A DNA stretch of 63,860 nucleotides, counting the filler. It is 9 parts of 9 records of this genome, joined end to end, with 100 filler letters (N's around TTAATTAATTAA, not from the genome) between each part and the next. Parts side by side here need not be neighbours in the genome. Positions count along the whole stretch, not along the records: positions 16,429 to 23,566 come from SRR31156797_85424; positions 23,667 to 30,010 come from SRR31156797_85472; 7 more parts are not named here. The stretch is one strand, 5' to 3'. Positions within the stretch are counted from its first letter, which is position 1. The number at the start of each line of letters is the position of its first letter. Shown here one piece after another: positions 17,610 through 26,731 of this stretch. Both the position numbers and the translations under genes were made by a program. The notes under the pieces are model-generated. The model had not been told where the DNA came from, ran no database searches, and saw only the letters and a list, made by a program, of their open reading frames with translations.

Positions 17610-20600
17610 CTAAGAATCCGTTTCAACCAACGGTGCGGGTCTTGCGTCATTTTTCCGCGATTCAAGTTTCATCCACACCCGTAACACTTCACTCACACCC
17701 CACGCCTGGGCATCACACCCCCGGCGTTGGTGCGGTGCATCCCCATCCAGGATCTCCGGTATATGTCCGGCACAGCCGTCGTTGATCAACCGACTGCTGC
17801 TTGCCAGCCAGGCCAGGGCCGTTTCCACTTCAGCGGTCCCGAAACAATCCGCCCAGGCTTCGCAAAAACTGGGGAAAACCCAAGTCCATGCCGTACCATT
17901 ATGATAGGCAGGCTTGCGACTAGTGTCCTCATCCCCGCCGTAGACACCGACGTAGGGCTCGGATGGATTGTTCACCAAAGAGCCGTTGTGATAGACGGGT
18001 AAAGGCGGGACAAGCGGCCGGTCCGCAAGACTGCGGATGGCACCGGGAACCAGCAGCTCCCGGCAAGCGGAAACAATTTTTTCGGCGATGGCCCGGTCCT
18101 TAACCGCCCCGAGGGTCAGGGTAAAGAGCTGGTTGGGCCGAAGAGCGTTGTCGGCCAAGGCCTGGCGGGCGCTCGTTCCAACATCGGCATGCAGGCAGTC
18201 GGACAGATACCCGTCACCTTCCAAAAAGAAAAGTTCGACAATGGATGATCGCACCTGGCGGGACAACCGTTGCCAGTGTTCCCTTTTGTCAGGGGCATCC
18301 ACACGTCCCAGATAATCCAGGGCAGCACACCACAGGGCCTGGATCTCGATGGGATATCCCTGACGCGGGGTTCCGGCCGGAAAATTGGTGTCCATCCAGG
18401 TAAAGTGGGCCGGACTGAAAACCAGCCCCGACTCCCCATCCATCCTGATGCCGTTCGGTGTCCCGGTCTTAATCTTTTCGGCGATGGAACGAAGAACCGC
18501 AAGGAGCGGCCTTCCACCACAATCCATCTGCAAAAGCATCTCCTGTCCCATGACGGTTCCCAGTTCATCGCAGACCCTGAAGAGCCACAGCGGTGCATCG
18601 GACGTATTGCGGTTTCCTGTGTCGTTCCCACGAATCATGTTGGGGATGGTTCCATCCTTTTCGAAGACTGCAAATTGCTGAATGATGGTAAACGCATCTT
18701 CGTGGCGCCCGGCGGCAATGATTCCCCTGACCACGATCAGCGTATCTCTCCCCCAATCCAGAAACCAGGGGTACCCCGCGATGACCGTGGCGAACTGGTC
18801 CCGTCTCACGATGTACTGGTCGAGAGCCTTGGTCAAAGCCGGCACTAAAGGCTCCCTTGTTTGGGCAGCCTTGAAAAAAGTCTTGATTCTCTCCTCTATC
18901 GCCATCGTTCGGGGAGCCGTTTCATCATCGGTTGTCCCCACATAGGCTGCCAGGACCTCGCTTTCGCCACCAGGCAGAGGACCGGAAAAGTAGCCGGGAC
19001 TGAAAAGGTCCGAATCGGGGTCTTGGCCCCGTTGGGTTTCCTGGGGGCGATGGACCATGTAGTGCCATTCGGATTCGACGATAAATGTCGCCTGCCGGGT
19101 AGAGACATCCAAAAAATAGCCTGAGCGGGGCTGGAACCGAAACCCGTTTTTCCCGGCGACGACGGAAGAGGGAAAACGCTCCTCCGGACCGGCATAGGCC
19201 TTTGTGGATTCGTGAAAGTTCCGGTCCTCAATATCCGGACGAAGAATCAGGGTGACCGGCTTTTCATCGGCCAAACGGTCCTTTCCCTGGTTTGCAGGAT
19301 GCCGGTAGAAGACCAGATGAACGGCATTTTTCTCCGGAATCATCGTAAATCCTACACTCAGCACAATGTGCTGTCCCTGTCCGGACGGAATGTGATAGGT
19401 CCAGGCGCCCCAGGAATCGAAATCAAACCCGAAAGCGTCCAGGCAATCGGGCCCGATCTCCTGTGAAAACCCCTGAAAAAGGATCCAACCCCGAAGCCGC
19501 GTAAAAAGTATCCGACGGTCTTCGGGTACCGTATGGCTCAAGTTTGCCGCCAGCAACCCATCATAACGACTTGGCAGCAGATTCCAATGTGCATGCCCCC
19601 TGGCCATTCCTCCCCGATGGTTCGTACCCAAAAAGTGAAGGGTGGAAAGCTTCTTTCGCGGACGGCTAAATATTTTTCTCACACCGACATTTTCAGATTC
19701 CGTCAGGTAGAGAATCTGTGCCTGACGGTGTACGCACTTCTCCATTTCATAGACGGATAGCTTCAAGAGCCTTTTCTTGTGCTTACCGGGCACGGCTTGC
19801 GGAGCAAAAAGGACGAAGGCACTGCCGTCCAGCGCCGCGATACTCTCCTCCACGGCCAGGGTTGTTTCGTTTTCGACCACCGACGCACGAAAAGGGTCGT
19901 CGGCAGTGACAAAAAGAAAATGCCCCGGGGGGACCATCACTTCCCTCCGCAAATCGATGGGATATCGCCAGATGACCGTTCGTTGAGAGGTGCTTTTGGT
20001 ATTCAGGGATTGGCAAAAATCCAGCGGTGATGCATGAAGCTTATCGGCGGCTCGATCCGCATCCCAATCGGCCAGATCGGTTGAACCGTTGTAAAACCGC
20101 CACACTTCCAGGGCCTTGGCTCGAAGCCGCTGCCGCCTGATTCGGTCGGGATGCCGGGGAAATCGTTTTTCCGTATTGAGAATGAAGTCCAGATCTGCAG
20201 GGTTGTTCGAAAAGCAATATACCTGGCCGGGCAACAGACGGAGAATTGCAATCTTTTCGTCCCCCTCGAAAGAGACGGTATCTCCGGTAAGAAGGTCGAT
20301 GGCCTTTTCTCTCTTGATGGGTGATCTGCTTTTTTGCCAAACGGCAACGGCAGAGGACTCCGCATCTAAATTAACAACGATCAGCAACCCCTTTTTCCCG
20401 TCCCCGCATCGACGGACAGCAACGACGACATTTGCCTCTCCTTGCTGAATCATCGTCACCTCAACAGGGTGAAAAAAAGCGGGATGACTCATCAAAAGGG
20501 CATTGAGCCGCCGGATGTGGTCCACTTGGTTGTCCGAGGCTCCCCAGTTCAGGGATGGCGCACGATGCACGTTGATTTTTTCCGTGGCCAGCCATTCCAC

Positions 20601-21947
20601 ACCGTTGGCAAAACCGAATCCGCCCTGATCGGAAAGCAGCGCACACAGCGCCGTCCGCATGCGTGCATAGGTGCCGGAAGTGGCTGCCAGGCGAAGGTTG
20701 TCATGGGTTTCCGCAAAATGAATGGCCGTTCCATCCGCCTTTGATATTTCCATCGCTTCGGGAAGGTACTGTTCGATCTGCCATCGATCGTAATTTTGAA
20801 ACAACTCACTGTAGGCCCAGTTAAAATCGGACCTGTTGAGAAGGTCACGCGTCACGGATATCTTCCCTCCCAATCCTTCAAGAAGGAAAATGGCGTTAGG
20901 AAACTGGTTCCGTACCTTACCGATCATATATTTCCAGGCGACTTCAGGAATCATGTAGCCCGCGTCGCAACGGAATCCGTCCACTCCGCGGCGGCACCAG
21001 GTGAGAAAGACATTGGCCATATACCGCCACAGTTTTTTGTGCGAATAGTCGAGCCGGGTCAAATCAGCCCAAACCACCCCCCAGGCACCGGGGTTTTCAA
21101 TCTGCCCGTCCGATTCCCTTGAGAGCCACTGTGGATGGGATTCATGCAGTCCCGCCGCCCACCCGGTGTGGTTGATCGCAATATCGATGATCAACCTCGC
21201 TCCCCTGGCATGGACGGCATCTACCAACTCGATGAATTGTTCCAACGGCGTTGCTTTGGGATCGAACTCCGCCAGGGCCGGATCCACAGCGGTAAAACTC
21301 AGGGCGGCATAAGGACTTCCGAATCGTCCCATGCGGGCGTAAGTGGTCGGCGTTGGATGAATGGGTAAAAGCTGGATGATCCGGCACCCCAGATGGTCGA
21401 TAATAAAATCCAGTTCACCGACCAGGTCCCGAAACGTCCCCGAGGGGGGTATGACGGTGTACCCTGCTTCGTCCAGATGCCTCACGTCTGCATCGATGCT
21501 TCCCATGGCCCCATTTTTGTTGGGACCGAACTGCCTGATAAAAGCGTTGTATATACTGTTGGCACAGCAGGATTCGGCCGGTGCTACGTTGACAGCGGTG
21601 TTGGCGCCCGGTGGCCAAAAAGGGTCCGAGCCGTCGGGATGGAGAAAGTAACATTTGGCCTCGAAGTGCCCTACTTCCGTCAAGGGGAGGGTAAGGGAAA
21701 AACACCCTTTGGCGCCCGGCGTCATTGGAATATCGTACCAACAGCGTCCCAGCGGATTTTCGGCACGTTCCACCTGGCGAAGGATCTCTCGCCGGACACA
21801 GGGTCCGTGTCCCAAACTGGTTCGCAGCCAGGCCTGCCCTTTCCACGAGGTTGGAACGGTCAGGGTAAAGGTGACGGTATCCCCGACAAAATGATGCCGC
21901 CGTACACCGGGTGCCGGGGTTTGCTCAATGGCATCGGTTTGAATCAT
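17610..21947 (-). CDS. Bifunctional glycogen debranching enzyme: GH13 domain plus amylo-alpha-1,6-glucosidase (GH133) domain
   Basis: GH13 motifs DIAINH, GFRCDAGY, LLEG, ETHDN; C-terminal IAGYPWFLDWGRDT, TWMD, YHNGTAW, GCDAQAWG. Start placed at ATG 21947. Confidence 0.88.
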   Translation of the reverse strand: MIQTDAIEQTPAPGVRRHHFVGDTVTFTLTVPTSWKGQAWLRTSLGHGPCVRREILRQVERAENPLGRCWYDIPMTPGAKGCFSLTLPLTEVGHFEAKCYFLHPDGSDPFWPPGANTAVNVAPAESCCANSIYNAFIRQFGPNKNGAMGSIDADVRHLDEAGYTVIPPSGTFRDLVGELDFIIDHLGCRIIQLLPIHPTPTTYARMGRFGSPYAALSFTAVDPALAEFDPKATPLEQFIELVDAVHARGARLIIDIAINHTGWAAGLHESHPQWLSRESDGQIENPGAWGVVWADLTRLDYSHKKLWRYMANVFLTWCRRGVDGFRCDAGYMIPEVAWKYMIGKVRNQFPNAIFLLEGLGGKISVTRDLLNRSDFNWAYSELFQNYDRWQIEQYLPEAMEISKADGTAIHFAETHDNLRLAATSGTYARMRTALCALLSDQGGFGFANGVEWLATEKINVHRAPSLNWGASDNQVDHIRRLNALLMSHPAFFHPVEVTMIQQGEANVVVAVRRCGDGKKGLLIVVNLDAESSAVAVWQKSRSPIKREKAIDLLTGDTVSFEGDEKIAILRLLPGQVYCFSNNPADLDFILNTEKRFPRHPDRIRRQRLRAKALEVWRFYNGSTDLADWDADRAADKLHASPLDFCQSLNTKSTSQRTVIWRYPIDLRREVMVPPGHFLFVTADDPFRASVVENETTLAVEESIAALDGSAFVLFAPQAVPGKHKKRLLKLSVYEMEKCVHRQAQILYLTESENVGVRKIFSRPRKKLSTLHFLGTNHRGGMARGHAHWNLLPSRYDGLLAANLSHTVPEDRRILFTRLRGWILFQGFSQEIGPDCLDAFGFDFDSWGAWTYHIPSGQGQHIVLSVGFTMIPEKNAVHLVFYRHPANQGKDRLADEKPVTLILRPDIEDRNFHESTKAYAGPEERFPSSVVAGKNGFRFQPRSGYFLDVSTRQATFIVESEWHYMVHRPQETQRGQDPDSDLFSPGYFSGPLPGGESEVLAAYVGTTDDETAPRTMAIEERIKTFFKAAQTREPLVPALTKALDQYIVRRDQFATVIAGYPWFLDWGRDTLIVVRGIIAAGRHEDAFTIIQQFAVFEKDGTIPNMIRGNDTGNRNTSDAPLWLFRVCDELGTVMGQEMLLQMDCGGRPLLAVLRSIAEKIKTGTPNGIRMDGESGLVFSPAHFTWMDTNFPAGTPRQGYPIEIQALWCAALDYLGRVDAPDKREHWQRLSRQVRSSIVELFFLEGDGYLSDCLHADVGTSARQALADNALRPNQLFTLTLGAVKDRAIAEKIVSACRELLVPGAIRSLADRPLVPPLPVYHNGSLVNNPSEPYVGVYGGDEDTSRKPAYHNGTAWTWVFPSFCEAWADCFGTAEVETALAWLASSSRLINDGCAGHIPEILDGDAPHQRRGCDAQAWGVSEVLRVWMKLESRKNDARPAPLVETDS

Positions 21948-22035
21948 ACGCCAACATCTCCCTTTTTTCTCCGCAAGCAGCGGCCATCTGTGGATAAAAT
22001 ACCTTTCCCCGTTTCCTGTCCGATCCTCGTTTCCG

Positions 22036-23364
22036 TCATCGATTTGTCGTCCTGAACACAACGACACATCCAGAAAACAGGAGCAACAACCCGACCACAA
22101 GGGTCGACGGAAACAGAAAAAAGGTTTCCTTGAACACCAAATTCTCCAGGTCCTGGGCTTGATGGGCAACGGCACCCATTCCCTTTTTGTTTAGTTCCAA
22201 GATCCCCGCATAGACAAGTCCGATCAATCCGTAACAAAGGTTGTACGCGAGCCCCTTGAAACTCAGCACCGTAGCACGACGATACGACGAAGCCTTCTGG
22301 TTGACAAAATAGCTGACGTAAAAGCCGACCATGTACAGCGCGGAGAACGCCACCAAAGCTGGCACCAATCCGATGACCGGCTGAAAAAAAGTCATTCCGG
22401 CAAGACCGGCAAAAGCCGTTGCGGCTGTGGACCACAGACAAAAAGATGGGGATCGGTTTTCTGCAATCCGATGGGCCAGCTTTGGAATGAACAGTCCCAC
22501 CAGAGCCATGGCGGAGCCGAGAATTCCAAAGACGGATTCTGGCAATTCAATTAATCTATAATACTGGCTGGCCAGTGTCACGACCATCCGCAAGATCCCG
22601 TCGAACAACATCCCGAAAAGAATCACAGCCAGGACGAAAGGTGTTTGCACAATCCATCTGCCCGTCGTCAAGGTAAGTTTTAAAGCATCCAATGCCGATT
22701 TTCCAGCTGACTGTTCACAGGAGCCGTCGGCAGCGGGATTCGGGCAAACTTCTTCAAATTTCAAAGCGGAGGCCAGTGTGAACAAAGATAGGATCAACGT
22801 GAGGTAAAGGGGCATTCGAAGCGTTTGTTGCTGGCTCAACACGATGTCAGAACCGAATGCCGCAAAAATTCTCGTCATAAAATCGGGATCGTAAACGGCA
22901 GCCCCCACCATCATGGTGAAAATAAAGGTTGCCGATCGGCATCGCATCTGAAGTTCCAGCACCTTCCCCCACTGATCGGCCAATCCCTCACGATGCAACG
23001 CATCGTATGCGATCGCTTCATCGGCACCACTTGCCGCAGCTTCGGCAAGACCGCTGAGGATCCGGTTGAACAGGAAAAAAACGAACAGCAAAGAGATGTC
23101 ACCGGTGGGCGCAAAACTAAGGATCGCCATCTCCACGACCATGGAAAGTGCCGCAAAAATCAAAAGTCGCCGCCGGCCAACGATATCGGCAAGAGCACCG
23201 GAAGGAACCTCCGCCATAACAATTGTGGCCGCCCAAACACCATTGAGAATGGAGAACTGCGCGATCGTCAACCCGAAATCGAGAAAAAGAACCGTAAAAA
23301 TCGGATAGTAGAACCGGCAATTGAAAAATACACGAAATGCGATGAACATCCGTGCGTTATTCAC
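22036..23364 (-). CDS. MFS transporter
   Basis: EVPSGALADIVGRRR (motif A), SGADEAIAYD, about 12 hydrophobic segments. Confidence 0.9.
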   Translation of the reverse strand: MNNARMFIAFRVFFNCRFYYPIFTVLFLDFGLTIAQFSILNGVWAATIVMAEVPSGALADIVGRRRLLIFAALSMVVEMAILSFAPTGDISLLFVFFLFNRILSGLAEAAASGADEAIAYDALHREGLADQWGKVLELQMRCRSATFIFTMMVGAAVYDPDFMTRIFAAFGSDIVLSQQQTLRMPLYLTLILSLFTLASALKFEEVCPNPAADGSCEQSAGKSALDALKLTLTTGRWIVQTPFVLAVILFGMLFDGILRMVVTLASQYYRLIELPESVFGILGSAMALVGLFIPKLAHRIAENRSPSFCLWSTAATAFAGLAGMTFFQPVIGLVPALVAFSALYMVGFYVSYFVNQKASSYRRATVLSFKGLAYNLCYGLIGLVYAGILELNKKGMGAVAHQAQDLENLVFKETFFLFPSTLVVGLLLLFSGCVVVFRTTNR

Positions 23365-23523
23365 TGAAAATGGACTTCGTTTATCGTTTTTTTCCGGGCC
23401 TGTTTTCAGTGTTCGATCTCCCTTTTGACAAACAATTCAACCGGTGCACGCATCGGCACATCCTTCAGAATAATACAGATTTTTTCCGAAAAAAGCCCGG
23501 GACCCTTTTCAGACCTTTTTAGG

Positions 23524-23560
23524 TAGTGTCCATCCATAAATAGTGTGCATCCAGAAATAG
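23524..23560. repeat. Imperfect 17-nt tandem duplication at the contig end (possible MITE/IS terminus)
   Basis: TAGTGTCCATCCATAAA / TAGTGTGCATCCAGAAA / TAG, ending 6 nt before the assembly break. Confidence 0.45.
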
Positions 23561-23566
23561 GATAAT

Positions 23567-23666
23567 NNNNNNNNNNNNNNNNNNNNNNNNNNNNNNNNNN
23601 NNNNNNNNNNTTAATTAATTAANNNNNNNNNNNNNNNNNNNNNNNNNNNNNNNNNNNNNNNNNNNN
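23567..23666. other. Artificial contig spacer
   Basis: N44-TTAATTAATTAA-N44. Confidence 0.99.
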
Positions 23667-23776
23667 CCGGCAAGGTGACCAACAGGGTGAACTGAGAGAT
23701 TTGAACTGGATCAGGTCGTTCTGAAAAGCGATTGCGGGAAAGAACGACCTGATCTATTATAGGAGCTGTGGAAGAT

Positions 23777-24448
23777 ATGGCGGAAAAGAAAAGCAATCGG
23801 GTAAAGCTGGTTCATGATCAGATAATCAAGATGATCCTTCAGGGAGAGATCCCCTACGGAGAGAAGATCAACAAGCATGACATAGCGGAAAAGCTGAATG
23901 TCAGCATGACGCCCGTAAACGAAGCGATCAACAGACTCACGGGAATGGGAGTCATAAAGCACCAGAAGAATTACGGGTATTTTCTGAGGGAAATCACCTG
24001 GGAAGATATAGAGAACGCCTACTACACGAGGGCCGCCACCGAGGGTATGGCCGTCTATATCTATACGAAATTCCACTACAATCCCGAAGACGACTTCCTC
24101 CATATGTTCGATCGTTTCAGCCATGAGATCAAACAGGACGATGCCAAAGAGTATCTGAAGCTCGACCTCGACTTCCACACGGAGATACTCAAGAAGTGCG
24201 GCAATAACATGCTGTTCCAGATCAGCAATAACTATAGCCACCTTCTCAGCAGTTATCACTACGGCCTGTCCAGAGATCCAAACGAATCCCTGTCCGAGCA
24301 CAGGGTCATCATCAAGGCCATCAACGACGGAATGCCTGATTACGCCCGGGAGCTGATGACGCAGCACCATATCTTTGCAGCCAAATACATCAGCAAGATC
24401 AAGAAACAGGAAGTGATCGAAAAATTCTGGGGCAGAGGGGCCGACTGA
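23777..24448 (+). CDS. GntR (FadR/FCD) family transcriptional regulator
   Basis: wHTH IAEKLNVSMTPVNEAINRL; FCD-like DLDFHTEI...EHRVIIKAI. Confidence 0.9.
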   Translation: MAEKKSNRVKLVHDQIIKMILQGEIPYGEKINKHDIAEKLNVSMTPVNEAINRLTGMGVIKHQKNYGYFLREITWEDIENAYYTRAATEGMAVYIYTKFHYNPEDDFLHMFDRFSHEIKQDDAKEYLKLDLDFHTEILKKCGNNMLFQISNNYSHLLSSYHYGLSRDPNESLSEHRVIIKAINDGMPDYARELMTQHHIFAAKYISKIKKQEVIEKFWGRGAD

Positions 24449-24551
24449 CCGGTCCCCTTAACAGGAAGTAAGCATTGTAAACATTCCCGATTCCTGATAT
24501 CTCTTTAATAAACTATTAAATCACTATTGATTATTGTGTTACGGAGAAATC

Positions 24552-26704
24552 ATGAACGAACTGCGCCTGCTCATCTATATCATCATCCTGATCGTATCCA
24601 TCGTGAACATCGTCTCCTTCTATTCCGGAAAGCGCCGGCAGAAAAAGATATCCGGCAGTGTGATGGAGGCCCTGGTACCCGTTCGCAAGATATCCGCGCG
24701 GGAAGCGACGGCCCTGAACCGGCTGAACAAACGCAGCCTGGCCGCCGGCACGCCCGTCTACAGGATAGAGGGTTCCTATGAAAGCAATACCCTGACCGTC
24801 AACAACTCCCAGACCGAAAAGATCGTTACCATCGGCGGCGTCGTGGTGGAATTCCATGACCAGCTGGAAGGCTATTTACAGGACCGGAACGGAACCACGC
24901 TGAAATCGTCGACACGGACCATAAGAGGGGCGCGGTCATCCTCAATCTGAACGACAAATTTTCCGCTGTGGACGAGGCGGATATCCGCAAGGCCATGGAG
25001 GAGGGAAAAACCTACCAGAAACGATCCGCCGCCGCGCTGAGCCCCGGGTCAGAGGCCGAACCAAACGCGGCAGGAGACCGGGCGGAGGAGAGGGACGCCC
25101 ATGCCTTTGAGTTCCATCAGGGACGTGAGCTGCAGGACGATGAGTTCGCCTGGATGGCTCCCGACTACCGCACCGGGGCCTGTATCTTTACGGCGCTTCT
25201 CCTGTTCCTGGCCGTAGTGATCCCCGTCCTGCCTGTCAAAGGGCTCCTCGCAGCCGCCGGAACGATCCTCTTTCTGATCTCCCTTCTCCCGTCAAAGAGA
25301 CGGATTGTCCCGGGAAAATTCAGGAAGAAGACCCTCGTCCTGTCCGGTAACCTGGCAAGGGGCTCCGGCGGCTGGCAGATGGACCGCTTCAGCCTGGACT
25401 TCCCGGAACAGTGGGAGACATACCTGACAGAGGGGAAGAAATGCTCGCTGGAGGGATACCCCATGGATCCCCTGGGAACAGATCTCAGGGTCCTCAGCCT
25501 GAACGGTCTCTACTCCATTCAGAGGGAGCTGAAGCGGACACCCTTTCGAAGGAAGGACCGCTGGCTCCTTTTCTCCCTGCTGGGGGGACTCGTGCTGATC
25601 CTGAGCCTGCTCCCGGTGGGAAAGATCCCCTTCAAGGGCGCTCAAATCTTCAACTACTACATGACCCGCGGCATGCGGAAGGAGTTCAGGGGCTATGGCG
25701 ATATCAGCACGGCTTCCTTTGTCAAAGGGCAGGAGGTCAGTTTCAGCGGCTTCCATGCCCTCCCGTCCCTGCGGGGCGAGGATCACGGTTACTATCTGAT
25801 ACCCGACGGCAATATCGGGATCCCCGGCTTTTCCGCCGTAAAAGAGGCTCTGAACAGGATAGAAGGGCTACAGCAAAGCGACGAGATGCTTCAGCTTACG
25901 GCCCTGGAGCTCAGCGATGAGATGGCCCCGTCCGAGTTCCTGTACAGATACTATCCCGATGATGAACCGGCAAGGCTGGCAGACTTCGCCTCCTACTACG
26001 GAGAGAACAGGGATTTCCATATCCTCAGCGAGATCTTCGAGACCCTTCGCGCCGTTCCGGAGGATCAGGGCGTCGCGCTGGAGGATAGGATAAGCTTCCC
26101 CGAGGGGGGATACCTGAAGGACTACTACCAATCCATGTACTCTGAGCAGTACTGGACCTTCGACACCCTGCTCGGCGATATCGGATCGGTCAAGGGGAAC
26201 CTTCTCTGGGATGAGGGATTGCGGATCAACGATCTCCTCTTAGAGGAGTACAGGGAGTATCTGGACACCCTCGGCGCCGTCAGAATCGATACCTACGCGC
26301 CTCCCGAATACTACTCCTTTGTGAACAGTGACGAGCTTTACAGGTTCAAGCGCAGCAGCACCTGGAAGGGAAACAAGCGCCTGCCCATGGAGTTCAACGA
26401 TCCCATCACGGCCTTCCGGATGCTCTCGGATCTGGAGGAGACCCTTGCCGGAGCACTGGGATCGCCCCGCGAGACAGAGGGAATCATTACGGACATACAG
26501 ACGCGGGATTCCCGTATATCCCGGATTACCCTGGATGAGTATCTGGACTACGGCGATATCTACCTCTACCACGGGGACTGCTTTATTTTCCTTGTCCTTC
26601 TGGTTCTGACGGGCTATGCTGTGGCATCCATGCTGAGAATAATGAAACTGTCCAGCAGAAGGGCCCTCCGGCCCCATCCGCAACCATCACCAGGGCGACC
26701 TTAG
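24552..26704 (+). pseudogene. IgaA/UmoB-like inner-membrane protein split by a 5-bp duplication frameshift (ORFs 24552-24950 and 24968-26704)
   Basis: Removing one GGAAC (24886-24895) gives one frame, ...QDRNHAEIVDTD..VILNLNDKFSAVDEAD.... Segments align by eye with IgaA (RKISARE, LDFPEQWETYL, SIQRELKRTP, EGIITDI) and the topology is similar. Confidence 0.7.
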
Positions 26705-26731
26705 GGCCCTGGCAGTAGAATAGGAGTCACA

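Noticed and set aside
21948-22175. N-terminal extension of the 1521-aa ORF (similarly 2320-2472, 3360-3593 and 49333-49470)
   Set aside because: These overlap neighbouring genes or intergenic DNA; downstream ATGs fit the family N-termini better.
23667-23695. Possible 3' end of a gene (GKVTNRVN-stop) at the start of contig 4
   Set aside because: Too short to assign.
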